DNA of 64,000 bases from Octopus vulgaris (taxonomy: Eukaryota): contig OX597839.1 in the NCBI GenBank assembly GCA_951406725.2, positions 3,534,001-3,598,000 on the forward strand, read 5' to 3'. The notes below the pieces were generated by a model. The model saw nothing but the letters and a program-made list of their open reading frames with translations, was not told the DNA's origin and ran no database searches. The position numbers were made by a program, and so were the translations under genes. Shown here piece after piece: positions 41,743 to 57,212 of the stretch (its first letter is position 1; each line of letters opens with the position of its first letter).

Positions 41743-42028
41743 CTAACGCAGCCAGTTCTAAAATCTCTAAAAGAGACATCCATAGTAACGATTTGTTGGC
41801 AACAAACATTACTATATATATATATATATATATATATATTCTTATTTTATAGAAGGAGCTTTACAGGACTAGAACTGTTTCATTCAAAAGAAATCATCAG
41901 CTTCCTGATGATTTCTTTTGAATGAAACAGTTCTAGTCCTGTAGAAGCTCCTATAAAATAAATTTATTTACTCTGCTATGTATTGAGTACCTTATTTACT
42001 GTGGTTAACCCCGACTCAACCCGGGACC

Positions 42029-42082
<54 letters not shown>

Positions 42083-42625
42083 CTGCTTGCTTAGCCAGCG
42101 GGGTGGCGTCATTTGAAGGCTAAAACAATGCGAAGCACATTATGACCAGCGATGTGTAGCAACATCTGATAGCTTGATATATATGTTTTTTTGACCCGGC
42201 TTTGACCTGGCTTGACACAAACAGCTAGCAGTCATCATGACAGCTGGCTTTGTCATTGCCTTTATTCACCAAAAATACACATACACACACACACGCACGC
42301 ACAAACACACTTGTCATCTTGCACACACACACACACAGGCATTCCTTTATTTGGAACTCTCTTGCATTATAAAACCATATTTCAGCTACCTTCAAATTCT
42401 GTTCTTTCAACATGTGATCTCTTAAGCACCACCAGCTCAAATATTTTCTCCTCTGTCTTCCCTCCTTGGGACCTTTCCTTCTCCTTGTTTCCGACGAAGA
42501 GCTCCGCTCGAAACGTTAAACCCTCCTTCCCTTCTTTCCTGAGCGTCAATAATACTTTAATTGTTCCACGTCCTGCGTTGCTGTGTTTTTTTCTCTTTTT
42601 TCTCTGTGTTTTCTTGTTTGGATTA

Positions 42626-42678
<53 letters not shown>

Positions 42679-43388
42679 GAATAAAAGCAGTTCTAATAAT
42701 ATAGGATAGCAGCCTGGGAAGTGTTCCCTCTAAGACTAGGCATGGCAATTTACCTTCAAAATGACCAGAAATAGTAGATATTGATATTTCACTATCTTTC
42801 AACTGATCAGTACCATAGACTCGGCACATCACGAAGTGGACTGAATCGCTGGTCCGATACATATATGCAAAAAGTGTAGAGTCTATTTTCTGAATGCTGT
42901 GGCATAGTACAGGTGAAACAAACTTAAATTTTGAACACTCGTTGCCGTGAAGGGATGTTATCCCTGGGCGCTATCTCACAGATAATGGGCAAATACACAA
43001 AATACATACACTATATATGTGATACAATATTGGAAACTTGTTCAAGGCTGGACAAGTGACCGGGACTGTTGGCAATTTGCGGTGCTTCAGAAGACACATC
43101 AAGTTTAGTGAAATTGTTGTCGTGGCCAGTGCCAGTGACACATAAAAGACACCCATGCCTGTGACACATAAGAGTCACCCTTGCTGGTGATATGTGAGAG
43201 GCACTCATGCCAGTGACACGCATGAAGTGCCCGTATCGGTGGCGCTCTGTGGAGTGGTTGGTGTTAGGAAGGGCATCCAGCAGTAGAAACCAAGCCAAAA
43301 CGGAAGATTAGAGTTTGGTGCAGCTCTCAGGGTTTACCAATTCAAGTCAAACCATCCAGCACATTCCAGCATGAAAAACGGACACAAA

Positions 43389-43420
<32 letters not shown>

Positions 43421-43818
43421 ATAATTTACACACACACATAGATATATCATCAGCATCAGCATCGTTTAATGTCGGCTTTCCATGTTGGCATGGGTGGGAT
43501 AAAATATATAGATATATATATATTCTTGTAAACATTTGTATTTGTTGCAATGAACCAGTGTTAGAATTGAACCCCTAATTTTACCATTTAATTCCATTGC
43601 AGGAACTGCAAGTGTAGCAAGAGCTTGGACTGCAAATTTCAACACATTGGTTGACTATAAAATCTCCAATTTCCTCAACTCCACCATGCCAATTCATGTT
43701 GATTTCATAGCGGAATATCCCGATTTCTTTGCGTTGGGCCTCGTGGCATTACTTACAGGTAAGAAAACTAAAAATCACTACACACACACGCGTTTTAAAC
43801 TGACTATTTGCCTTGCAA

Positions 43819-43855
<37 letters not shown>

Positions 43856-46800
43856 GTACTGATCCGTGTCAGAAAATTCAACCAAAAATGTACTCTGTCT
43901 GATGATCGATAAATGTTATTTATTTAAAGCTCACAAAACATGTATTAAAGCGCTCTTAATAGTTTCATACGTTGAGAAAACTTAGACATATTCCTCAGGC
44001 GCAACCCATATATCATAACGAACTAAAGAGATTGAATATTCAATGTATTTATGGTGGGGGAGGGATAAGAATCTTAAAAAAATTTTTTGGTTCCTATCGT
44101 ATGAATTCCTGTGTGTAGAATACCAAATAAAGACAAATTTTCTGAAAATTCCAGAAAAACAAAAGTTATGTGGTGTTTAAACAAGAATTCCACCAGTTAT
44201 TTCTCAAAAATTTTCAGAATTATTGCAAATGAGCTTAAAAGCTGCACTCCGAGTGGACATTTGAGCTAGCTCCTGTAAAGGGCTGATTGGGCCTGTGGCT
44301 CAAAACTAAAGAGATCAATACTAATAAAGAATTTATTGGATACCTACCAATATGTTATTACTATAAATTCAGTTAAAATGAAAAACTTCTAAATCCACAA
44401 ATTTTGGGAGTTCTTTTAAAATTTGAATTTTCAACTGTTAGCACAACATACCCTCCTCCAAACCTGATCCCAATGCTGGATGTTTAAGAACCAGATGAAG
44501 GGCAGATTTTCAATCCTGGGTTCATCCTGATTCCAAAATGGTATAGACAGACAGACATACAGAATTTCATTTTTATTATTATAGATGTAGGCAGTGTAAT
44601 TCAACTGAAATATAATTTAACAATAGTGTTAACATATCATTCTATCAAATCTATTTTACCAGTTGTTCTTGCTGTCGGAGTGAAACAATCTACAATGTTC
44701 AACAGTATTTTTACAGTCCTCAATCTCTTTGTACTTACCTATGTTATCATCTGTGGATTTTTCAACGTTGACTTTAAGAACTGGAGCATTGACAAAAGTG
44801 AAGTAAGTTTTTCACAAAGTCTATTTTATTACTGACATACTTGCATATCAAGTTATTGCCAATCTTTTGCTGATTGCAGAATTGATAAAACATCAGACAA
44901 AAATTGCTTTATATTCATTTCAAGTTGGTTTCAAATTTTGACAGAAACCAACAACTGCAAGGGAGGCGGTAGGTCAACTACAGTGACCCGTGTTCAACTG
45001 GTACTTATTTTGAACACCTGTTGCAGTGAAGGGATGTTTAAGAACCAATGCCTATTAATATCAATTGAAAAAGAAAATGACTCTGTAGACTGTCTTGACG
45101 TTAACTTTAACCTTAAAACAGGTATTCACCAACCTTTTCAAAAACCTAACGTTAGCATTAGATATATAAATGTGAATAGTAATCATCCACATAATATATA
45201 TAACCTTAGTATGAATATCGAGAGAAGAATCAATCATCTGTCTTCAAACGAAGAAGTATTTGATAAACACAAAGATTATTGCAATAAAGCACTTGAGAAT
45301 GTAGGATATAATTATGAAATTAAGTACAATAAGAATTGCAACATCATGGCAAATTAAAAATAGGAACAAGTATCATAATAATAATTGCAGAAGAAAAATG
45401 TAGTATACCAGGAAACAATAATAACTCAGCATATGACTAAGTTCTATTATATCAGACCGACGCAAAATTGGATTAAATTAAGAATCGCAAACCGTGAATC
45501 GACATTCGGGGACCAAAACAAAATGAATAGTACAGGACTTTCAAAGAAAATATGGCATCCCAAAAAACAAAGCTAACTTCACAATCAAATGGAGCATTTT
45601 AGCACATGCCCCTTGTTACAAAATTAACAATAGATTCTGTAAATTATGCCGTGAGGAAAACTATGAAATAATGAAAAGAAAAGGGAACCTAGTTAATACG
45701 AGGAATGAAAAAGTATTTTCATGTAGACACATAGGAAGGTACCTGTCTATTAAACTAAAGTGATTTATTGATACGATTGAATGTCACCTAAACATCATTT
45801 AAAAAAAAATATATAACCATTATGTAAATTATAGACATAACATCACATATATTAAAAGCTAAATTGAACTATACAACTGAAGAATTCTAACAAATCTATA
45901 ATGCCCCAATAACTGAAATTAACTAATTGATTTATAACCAAACAAAATTACCATAATAGCTTACTTGAACCCATTAGTTTTTTTTTTTTAATATGTATAG
46001 CTATGTTTTTAAGTATGAAATATCCATAGATTGAATATCCATGTTTAAGTATGAAATACCTATAGATTTACGTATACGATCAGATCCAGTTCTGAAGGTA
46101 TATATATTTTTCTGATTGTAAATGCAGACGATCTTAACACCCAAGTTTGGGGAACCAACATATTTGTACCTGTATTTCAAAGGGCCAGCCTTGTCACACT
46201 CTGTGTCATGCTGTATCTCCCTGTGAACAACGTTAAGGGTGCCCATGTCTGTGGAGTGCTCAGCCACTTTCACGTTAATCTCACGAGCCGGCTGTTCCGT
46301 TGATTGGATCAACTGGAACCCTCGTCGTCGTAACCGACGGAGTCCCGTTGTAGTAATCTATTGCAGGTATATCTAGGGTAATGATAGTAGTTTCATGTCA
46401 TATTGCATACCTTAATCTCTTTTAGGTATCCCAGGATATATTGATGGTGGCTTTGTATAGGTTAAAACAAACCTTTTTCTCTATTTCAGGTACCCCCTGG
46501 GTACGGTGAGGGTGGGTTCATGCCTTATGGCATCTCCGGAATGTTGTCTGGTGCTGCTACATGTTTCTATGGATTTGTTGGATTTGACTGTATTGCTACC
46601 ACAGGTGAGTTACATTCGAGTCTGTTATCATTACTCGTGAGTTACATCTGAGTCTATTCTTATTACGGATGAGTTACACTTGTGTGTATTCTCATTACTG
46701 GTGAGTTATACTTGAGTTTGTTGTCATTAATAATGAGCAATACATGAGTGCAAACTCATTACTGATGAGTATCACTTCAGTGTGTAACCATTACAGGTAA

Positions 46801-49800
46801 GTTACACTTGAGTCTCTTCTTAATAGTGATGAATATACACTCGTCTGTTGTCATCACTGTTAAGTTACACTCCATCCTTTCACCTTTACTGGTGAGTTAC
46901 ACTTTAGTGTGCTGTTATTACTGGTGAGTTCACTCCAGTGTGTTATCATTACGGGTAAGTTTCACATCAATGTGTTGTCATTAATGGTGAGTTACACTCC
47001 AGTCTATTATCATTACTGGTGAGTTACACTTTTTGTCTGTTCTCATTGCTGGTCTACTCAACACATGTTTGTCGTCATAGCTGGGGAATTACACTCGAGT
47101 CTTTCATCATTGGTGGTGATATGTCATATTTCTGTGGAAGATATCAGACATGTGCTTAGCAGCTGCCCGAATGTATAATCAAAATACTACCTCCCTATAA
47201 CAATATATTATAGGCGTAGGAGTGGCTGTGTGGTAAGTAGCTTGCTTACCAACCACATGGTTCCGGGTTCAGTCCCACTGCGTGGTACCTTGGGCAAGTG
47301 TCTTCTACTATAGCCCCAGACCGATCAAAGACTTGTGAGTGGATTTCGTAGACGGAAACTTCTTGGACTTCCATCTGGATTTCTTCACAAATAATTTTGG
47401 AGCAGAGTCTGATGAACACGGTGAAGGATTTCACCAGGACATTAGTGCCATGGAGAAACGGTATCAAGACTTCTGGAATGGCAGTATGCTGGCTGACTAT
47501 TGCTGGACACTTAACTGTGATCAACCAGATCAGGAACACCGCAGGAAATTCAAAGCACAATGCTTCTAACTCCGTTGTTCTAGCCTTGTCTGTTTTGTCC
47601 GACCCATTTTTTGTGTATTCACGCTTTGTAGAATGATAGTGATGATTTTTAGTTCAATAAACTAATTTACTTTCTAAAAATAGTATGACCTTAATTATAA
47701 CGTTAATGATTTCATATATACAAATATGTAGGTATTTGCATATCTACTGAAAAACTGATATGAGGTGCATAGAAATGGGGTGAAGGCGACGAGCTGGTAG
47801 AAACGTTAGCACACCAGGCGAAATGCTTAGGAGTATTTCGTCTGCCGCTACATTCTGAGTTCAAATTCCGCCGAGGTCGACTTTGCCTTTCATCCTTTCG
47901 GGGCCGATTAAATAAGTACCAGTTACGCACTGGCGTCGATATAATCGACTTAATCCGTTTGTCTGTCCTTGTTTGTCCTCTCTGTGTTTAGCCCCTTGTG
48001 GGTAGTAAAGAAATAGGTATTTCGTCTGCCGTTACGTTCTGAGTTCAAATTCCGCCGAGGTCGACTTTGCCTTTCATCCTTTCGGGGTCGATAAATTAAG
48101 TACCAGTTGCACACTGGGGTCGATATAATCGACTTAATCCGTTTGTCTGTCCTTGTTTGTCCTCTCTGTGTTTAGCCCCTTGTGGGTAGTAAAGAAATAG
48201 GTATTTCGTCTGCCGTTACGTTCTGAGTTCAAATTCCGCCGAGGTCGACTTTGCCTTTCATCCTTTCGGGGTCGATAAATTAAGTACCAGTTGCGCACTG
48301 GGGTCGATATAATCGACTTAATCCGTTTGTCTGTCCTTGTTTGTCCTCTCTGTGTTTATCCCCTTGTGGGTAGTAAAGAAATAGGTATTTCGTCTGCCGT
48401 TACGTTCTGAGTTCAAATTCCGCCGAGGTCGACTTTGCCTTTCATCCTTTCGGGGTCGATAAATTAAGTACCAGTTACGCACTGGGGTCGATATAATCGA
48501 CTTAATCCGTTTGTCTGTCCTTGTTTGTCCTCTCTGTGTTTATCCCCTTGTGGGTAGTAAAGAAATAGGTATTTCGTCTGCCGTTACGTTCTGAGTTCAA
48601 ATTCCGCCGAGGTCGACTTTGCCTTTCATCCTTTCGGGGTCGATAAATTAAGTACCAGTTGCGCACTGGGGTCGATATAATCGACTTAATCTGTTTGTCT
48701 GTCCTTGTTTGTCCTCTCTGTGTTTATCTCCTTGTGGGTAGTAAAGAAATAGGTATTTCGTCTGCCGTTACGTTCTGAGTTCAAATTCCGCCGAGGTCGA
48801 CTTTGCCTTTCATCCTTTCGGGGTCGATAAATTAAGTACCAGTTGCGCACTGGGGTCGATATAATCGACTTAATCCGTTTGTCTGTCCTTGTTTGTCCTC
48901 TCTGTGTTTATCCCCTTGTGGGTAGTAAAGAAATAGGTATTTCGTCTGCCGTTACGTTCTGAGTTCAAATTCCGCCGAGGTCGACTTTGCCTTTCATCCT
49001 TTCGGGGTCGATAAATTAAGTACCAGTTGCGCACTGGGGTCGATATAATCGACTTAATCCGTTTGTCTGTCCTTGTTTGTCCTCTCTGTGTTTATCCCCT
49101 TGTGGGTAGTAAAGAAATAGGTATTTCGTCTGCCGTTACGTTCTGAGTTCAAATTCCGCCGAGGTCGACTTTGCCTTTCATCCTTTCGGGGGTCGATAAA
49201 TTAAGTACCAGTTGCGCACTGGGGTCGATATAATCGACTTAATCCCTTTGTCTGTCCTTGTTTGTCCTCTCTGTGTTTATCCCCTTGTGGGTAGTAAAGA
49301 AATAGGTATTTCGTCTGCCGTTACGTTCTGAGTTCAAATTCCGCCGAGGTCGACTTTGCCTTTCATCCTTTCGGGGTCGATAAATTAAGTACCAGTTGCG
49401 CACTGGGGTCGATATAATCGACTTAATCCGTTTGTCTGTCCTTGTTTGTCCTCTCTGTGTTTATCCCCTTGTGGGTAGTAAAGAAATAGGTATTTCGTCT
49501 GCCGTTACGTTCTGAGTTCAAATTCCGCCGAGGTCAACTTTGCCTTTCATCCTTTCGGGGTCGATAAATTAAGTACCAGTTGCGCACTGGGGTCGATATA
49601 ATCGACTTAATCCCTTTGTCTGTCCTTGTTTGCCCCCTCTATGCTTAGCCCCTGGTGGGTAGTAAAGAAATCAGAAATGAAGTGAAATTTTGAAATCAGT
49701 CTAAGAATTTTGAAATTAGTCTAAAAAAGTTGGTTGGCATTCATAATAAACATAATACCTTTAATCTTGTTGACCAGTATTATCAGCCAATAACTCTGAA

Positions 49801-50487
49801 GTAATTATTCCTCGTTATCGATCGTTTTAATCCGTTCCTGGTTCTCCAGTTTTGTAGGAGGAGTAATTTCCGATAGGATTAATCTGTTGCTTTGTGACTG
49901 AGTAATTTCAGCTCGTTACACAAAGTAATTGGCATGCGATCTCATTACAGTTTCTGTTGTGTTAATTATGCAATTCATTGTATTTGGTTTCTGAGACTAG
50001 CATGTTATTTTCTATTTTATCTTTTGCTTGCTTCGGTCATTGAACTATGGTCATGCTGGAGCACCACCCTGAAGAATTTTTAAGTTGAATGTATCGTACT
50101 CGACTACTATTTATTTATTTATTTATTTATTTTGTTAAGACTAGTACTTATTCTATCGGTCTCTTTTACTGAAACACTAAGTTAGAAGGACATAAACACA
50201 CCAACACCAGTTGTCAAGTGGTGGTGGAGGACAAGCATAGACTCAAAGACACACACATACACATCGTCGTCTTCGTTGTCATTTAACATCCATTGCCCAT
50301 GTTGGCATGGGTTGGATGGTTTGAGCAAAGCTGGCAAGCTGGAAGGTTGTACCAGACACTATATTATATGTGTATATAAATATATATATATATATATATA
50401 TACCCTCTTTCAACTTCGCCTATGTGATTTTGAGAAACGTTTCTACAATATATATACCAGGTGTAAACTATTCCTTTTATTATCCCT

Positions 50488-50553
<66 letters not shown>

Positions 50554-52867
50554 CGTGTGTGTGTGTATAATTTTTTTCTCATGTTGGGCTGCTGAAATTT
50601 ACAAGTTTTTTTTTCGTTCTCTTTCTGTTTATTTTCTCTTATTCCTTTCTGTTGAGGAGCCTAGGCTCGAAACATAAAAGACTTTTTCATTTTTCCCGAA
50701 CATCAAACTAATACACTTGCTTGTTGTTCATAACACCTATCTTCACCTTTTGTTTTTCCATAAATTTCAACTATATATTTCAGGCTCGTGGGGTCATCCC
50801 AGTTTGACCCTAACTGAACTTCCTGCTCTTTGGACATGTATATCTGAACCACTTCCTGAACTTTCAGCACCTCTCTTTTTATTTCTTTTAATTTTTTTTT
50901 TTTTTTATTTTTCAGGTGAAGAAGCCAAAAACCCTCAGAAAGCCATCCCCATCAGTATCATCATCAGCCTCTTCATTGTGTTCATCTTCTACTTCTTGAT
51001 ATCCCTTGTTCTGACCACGATGTCTCCTTATTATCTGCTAGATGCTAGTGCTTCTTTACCGTTTGTCTTTGAGAGAATTGGATGGAACATTGCAAAATAC
51101 GTGATCGCAATTGGCGGCATTTGTGCTCTGACTGCCAGGTAAACAGTTCTTGAAGCTCTCCATAGTCTTCATGTTCTTTGGCTTAGGAAATGGTTTTTGT
51201 ATTTTATTCAGGAATGGCTATGCGGTTAAGAAGTTTGCTTCCTGGCCACATGGTCACAGGATTGATCATACACAAACACACACACACACACACACACACA
51301 TACGTACACATACATACGCACACACACTTGCACACACACATACATACACACGTACACACACACATACATACACACGTACACACACACACACAAACACACT
51401 ACATACATATGCACACAAACAAACACATACGCATACACAAACTTACACACACACAAACACGCTCGCATACACACACATAGACATACACACATACGCACAC
51501 ACATACACATACATAGACAAGCATACACACACATGCACACATACATCTAGACACACACATACACACATACACATACGTACACACACATACGCACACACAC
51601 ACTTGCACACACACATACATACACACGTACACACACACATACACACACATACACACACATACACACACACATACACACACATACACACACATAGACAAGC
51701 ATACACACACATACATCTCATACATCTAGACACACACAAACACACATACACACACATATATATACACACACACTATCTTTGATGTACTATAACGTAATAT
51801 AGGCGGGAGTGATTTTGTTGAAATACTTCTTTGGTAAAATTGTACATCTTGGAAGACATCAAATATGGAAGCCTACTTTCTTCTCTATCTCTATCACTCT
51901 CCCGCTCTCTCTCTTAGTCTCTCTCTTACTCTCTCTCTTGCTCTCTCTCTCTCTCTCTCTCCATCTCTCTCACTCTATCGCTATATTTCTTTTACTCTCT
52001 ATCTCTTTCTCCTTTGCTGTTTTGTTCTACCCATCTCCTGTTCTCTCCCTCTCCTGCTCTCTCTCTCTCTCTTGGTCTTTATTTCTCTCTCTTGCTGTCC
52101 TGCTCTCCCCCACTTGCTCTCTATCGCTTTCTCACTCTCTCTCTCTCAGTGTCTCTAATTCTATCACTATCTCTCTTTTATTCTCTCTCTTTCTCTCTCT
52201 CTCTATCTCTCTCTCTCTCTCTTGAACTGTTTCTCTGTCTCTGTGTCTCTGTCTCCTCTCTCTCTCCGTTTCCTACTCTCTCTCCTTCTCTCCACCTCTA
52301 TCAATCACTTGCTCTCTATCTATCTATCTACCTCTCTCTCTCTCTCTTACTCTCTCTTTTCCTCTTTCTTTTCCCTCACTCTTTCTCTCCTTTCTCTTCC
52401 CCTCTCTATTTTTCTGTTTCGCTATACATACAAACACACATACACACATAAATACATTTATTCACCGCTATGATCGAAGATATTCCAATGATGACCACCA
52501 CCACCACAACCACTATAATATTTTATATCCCCACCAACCTCTTTATATATTTCAGCATGGTAGGTTCAATATTCCCCTTACCCAGGGTTGTGTATGCAAT
52601 GGCTGAGGACCGCATAATCTTTGGTAATCTTTCTAAAGTATCAGACAGGTTCAAGACCCCTGTCCTGGCAACGTTGGTCGCTGGACTCTTTGCAGGTCAT
52701 TCAACTTCTACTATATTTATTTATTTATTTATTTGTCTGTCTCCCTGTCTGCCTGTCTGTCAGTCTCTCATTCTGTCTGTCTGTTTCTCAGTCTGTCTGT
52801 CCAATTGTCCACCTGTCTGTTTGTATATCTGTTTGTCTGTCTGTCTATCTGCTTATAGTGTTGTATG

Positions 52868-52908
<41 letters not shown>

Positions 52909-53096
52909 TGTGTTCCTTTCTGTGGAAAAGCATAGGCTTGAAACGTTAAAGACTTTTTCACTTCTCGAGCGTTAAACTAATACATCTATTTGTTGTCTAC
53001 ACTACCTGTCTTCGTCTTTTGTTTTTTTGTGAATTCTCCCTATATATATATGTGTGTGTGTGTGTGTGTATGTATATGTATATATATATGTAGATA

Positions 53097-53153
<57 letters not shown>

Positions 53154-53175
53154 TGTATATATAATATATATATAT

Positions 53176-53226
<51 letters not shown>

Positions 53227-55992
53227 TAAAATAAATAAAACATATAGCATATATATAAACATATATGTACGTACCTACCTCTACATGTACATATACACGC
53301 ATATATGAGTACAGGACACCAAATGGACGTCGAACACATAGAGAAACGAAAACATAGACACAAAGCTAAGGAACAGGACGATTTTTTTAAAAACAACAAA
53401 AAATGGAGTACAAGACAGTTAACACAACGAAAAAACCCCTTCTTCAGTCGCTAAGGTTTCATCTACTCTACGTTTCGAAGTATATGTATATATATGCACA
53501 TACATATACATACATGTATATCTGTCAGTCTGAGTGTCTACATATATGTGCCTCTGAGCTGTTCGTTTATTTTCTATCTATGTGTCTGTCTCTCTATCCA
53601 TCTGCTTATACTGTTTTGTATATATATATATATGTACGTATGTATACAACATATCGTCTGATCCAGAAATCAAAACCACCATCGAAAGATTATGAGTCCA
53701 ACACTCTAGCCACTAAGCCATGCACCTCCACGTAACAGAAACCATAATCTTATGATAATGAGTCCAACAACCTTACCACTAAGCCATGTGCTTCCACATA
53801 CTGAAACCAAATTAGTAAGAACCATGGCCCCTACAGAATGATATTTGACCTCAAGGAAGCACACATCTTAGAAATCCCATTAACATCACTAGAATACACA
53901 ACACTGCCCCTACGCTCCATTTATAGATATTGATATGTAAACCATAATACAACACACAACAAATATGTATACATCAGCAGTTCTCATCCAGGGTCCATAT
54001 AAGATTTTGGGTGGGGTCCATGCAACAAAATAGCAAAATGGAAATAACCAATAGTATTTTAAGGGCCCCTAAAGAAATTTTTGCTTTACATGTATGTATT
54101 GGTTTGTATTGCAAGGAATAGCTAGGTTTCTTTCTCTGATGTTTTACATAGTTCAACCTGCACAAGTTAATATGTGAAAAACTAAAGAGGAATTTTGAAA
54201 GAAGTTCCTATAAAACATTGAATGGCTATGGTAGTCCACCACAATAAAATAGTAATCAAAAGGGACCATCATCAGCATCATCACCGTTTAACATCTGCTT
54301 TCCATGCTGGCATGGGTTGGACGATTTTGACAGAGAGCTGGTGAGCCAGACAGCCGCACAAGGCTCTAATCTTGATCTGGCAGAGTTTCTATAGCTGGAT
54401 GCCCTTCCTAATGCCAACAACTCCGAGAGTGTTGTGGGTGCTTTTTACATGTCACCGGCATGGGGCCAGTCGGGTGATACTAGCAATGACCTCGCTCGAA
54501 TGTTTTTACACATGCCACCGGCACAGGTGTCAGTAAGGCAACCGGTTAAGAACCTGATAAAATTTTGCTGTAGATGTATGTATTGGTATGTATTGCAAGA
54601 AACAGTGAGGTACTTTCTCAAACATTTTACATAGTTCAACCTACACAAGTTAATGTGTGAATAACAAAACAGGAATTTTGAAATAAGTTTCTATTAAACT
54701 AGTTTTTAAACATGGAATGGCTTTGGGAATCAACCAGAATGAAATAGTAATCAAAGATGTCCATTGATAAATAATTGTTCAGAATCCCAGGTATATATAA
54801 AATAATAAAAAAAAACTCGCTTGAATATACATTAACATGCCTCTTCCCTACAAAGGCATGACCTTCAATCCAAACTATAAACCATTAATATTTAACTAAT
54901 GCTTTCATTGTGAAGGCATATGGCCCATAGTTTAGAGCAGTAAACTTGTGGTCAGGGGATCACGGGTTCAAATCTCAGACTGAACGATATGTGTGTTTAT
55001 GAGCGAAACACCTAAGCTCCACACAGCTCCGGCAGATGGTAATGGCAAACTTCTGCTGACTCTTTCACCACAACTTTCTCTCACTCTTTGCTCCTGCATC
55101 TTGCAGCTCACTTGTGATGGGTCAGCATCCCGTCCAGGTGGGGAATCTATACGCCAATGAAACCGGGAAACCGGCCTTTATGAGCCAGGCATGGCTCAAG
55201 AAGGAACAAACAACAGTGTTTTCATTATTCTCCTTGTGTTTATATTACATTATTTCAGGTCTGACTGCTCTCATTTTTGATCTCACCGAACTGGTGAATA
55301 TGATGTCTATTGGAACTCTCCTAGCTTACACGTTTGTGGCCAAATGTGTCGTTATTTTACGGTAAGTAAACATATACATACACACATACATATATACATA
55401 CATAAATACATACAAATCGAATTGAACCAGCCAGGACCTCTGGTCTGGTGGTACGTAAAAAGCACTATCCAACTCGTGGCCGATGCCAGCACCGCCTCGA
55501 CTGGCTTCCGTGCCGGTGGCACATAAAATACACCAATCTGACCATGGCCGTTGCCAGCCTCGCCTGGCACCTGTGCAGGTGGCACGTAAAAAGCACCCAC
55601 TACACTCACGGAGTGGTTGGCGTTAGGAAGGGCATCCAGCTGTAGAAACATTGCCAGATAAGACTGGAGCCTGGTGCAGCCTTCTGGCTTCCCAGATCCC
55701 CGGTCGAACCGTCCAACCCATGCTAGTATGGAGAACGGACGTTAAACGATGATGATGATGATGATGATTTACACACATACATGCACACACACACACACAC
55801 ATAAACATATATGTATGAGGGGATGCAGAAAGGTTCCTGACTTTGAGGGTGTTACCATAGGCCTGGTTGGAGGCCCAACATTCCAGGATCTTTTACAGGG
55901 ATTAGAAAAAACTAAAGGACCACGGCAAAATGTGTGTGAATCTGAGAGGGGAATATGTTGTGTAAAATCATTTATCTACCTATCAGTCTATC

Positions 55993-56049
<57 letters not shown>

Positions 56050-56085
56050 TTATTTCTTATCTATTTATCTATCTATGTCTATATA

Positions 56086-56149
<64 letters not shown>

Positions 56150-56200
56150 ACTATCTATCTATCTATTTCTTATCTATTTATCTATCTATTTATGTTTATA

Positions 56201-56234
<34 letters not shown>

Positions 56235-56250
56235 CCTATCTATTTATTTC

Positions 56251-56320
<70 letters not shown>

Positions 56321-57174
56321 GTCTGTCTCTGTGTCTGTCTGTCTGTCTATCTATTCAAGCTAGCTAGCTAGTTATCTGTCTGTCTGTCTGCCTAGCTATC
56401 TATCTACCCATCCATCTATCTACATGTGTGTGTACATGAGTGTATGTGTGTATGCATGTGTGTGCACACGTGTGTGTGTGTATGTGTGTGTGTGCATCTG
56501 TGTGCTAGATTCCCCTGTTAAAGATGACGTATGAGCATTCAGCTTTTTACCAAATAGCCTGCACAAACGATTTGTCTATAGCAATCAAATGTATGTGCCA
56601 TGCATTACTTCACTCTCTCCATCTAATCAACATTGTTCGAACAGGTGCATGGTGTACCACAAATGATCTTAGAACATTGTCCGATGAAGTGTTTTACACA
56701 AGGAAACAATGCACCACTCAGTCTAGGAACAGAAACTACAACCATGTATCATCATCATCATCATCGTCATCATCATCATCATTTAACATCTGTTTTCCAT
56801 GCTAGCATGGTTTGGATGGTTCGACCGGGATTTGGGAAGCCAGGAGGCTGCACCAAACTACACATCAGCAAAAAAAACATCATCATCATTATCAACAACA
56901 AAAACATCATCTGCATTGTCAAAAGCAACAAACTCCATTATGTGTCTGTGTGTATGTGTGTGTGTGTGTGTGTGTGTGCATGCGCGCCTGTGTGTGTCTA
57001 TGCACATATATAATGGTATATTTGTTGATCACCATGTTGATCACCATTACACACGTTTCATTTACTAATGGGAATTAGAAAATTGCACTTGTAGGAAATT
57101 ATCGCTTGTAGCAAATTATCTCTTATTCTTCAGACTGAGAATCAAATTATATCATTTGATTCTCGATATCAAGA

Positions 57175-57212
<38 letters not shown>

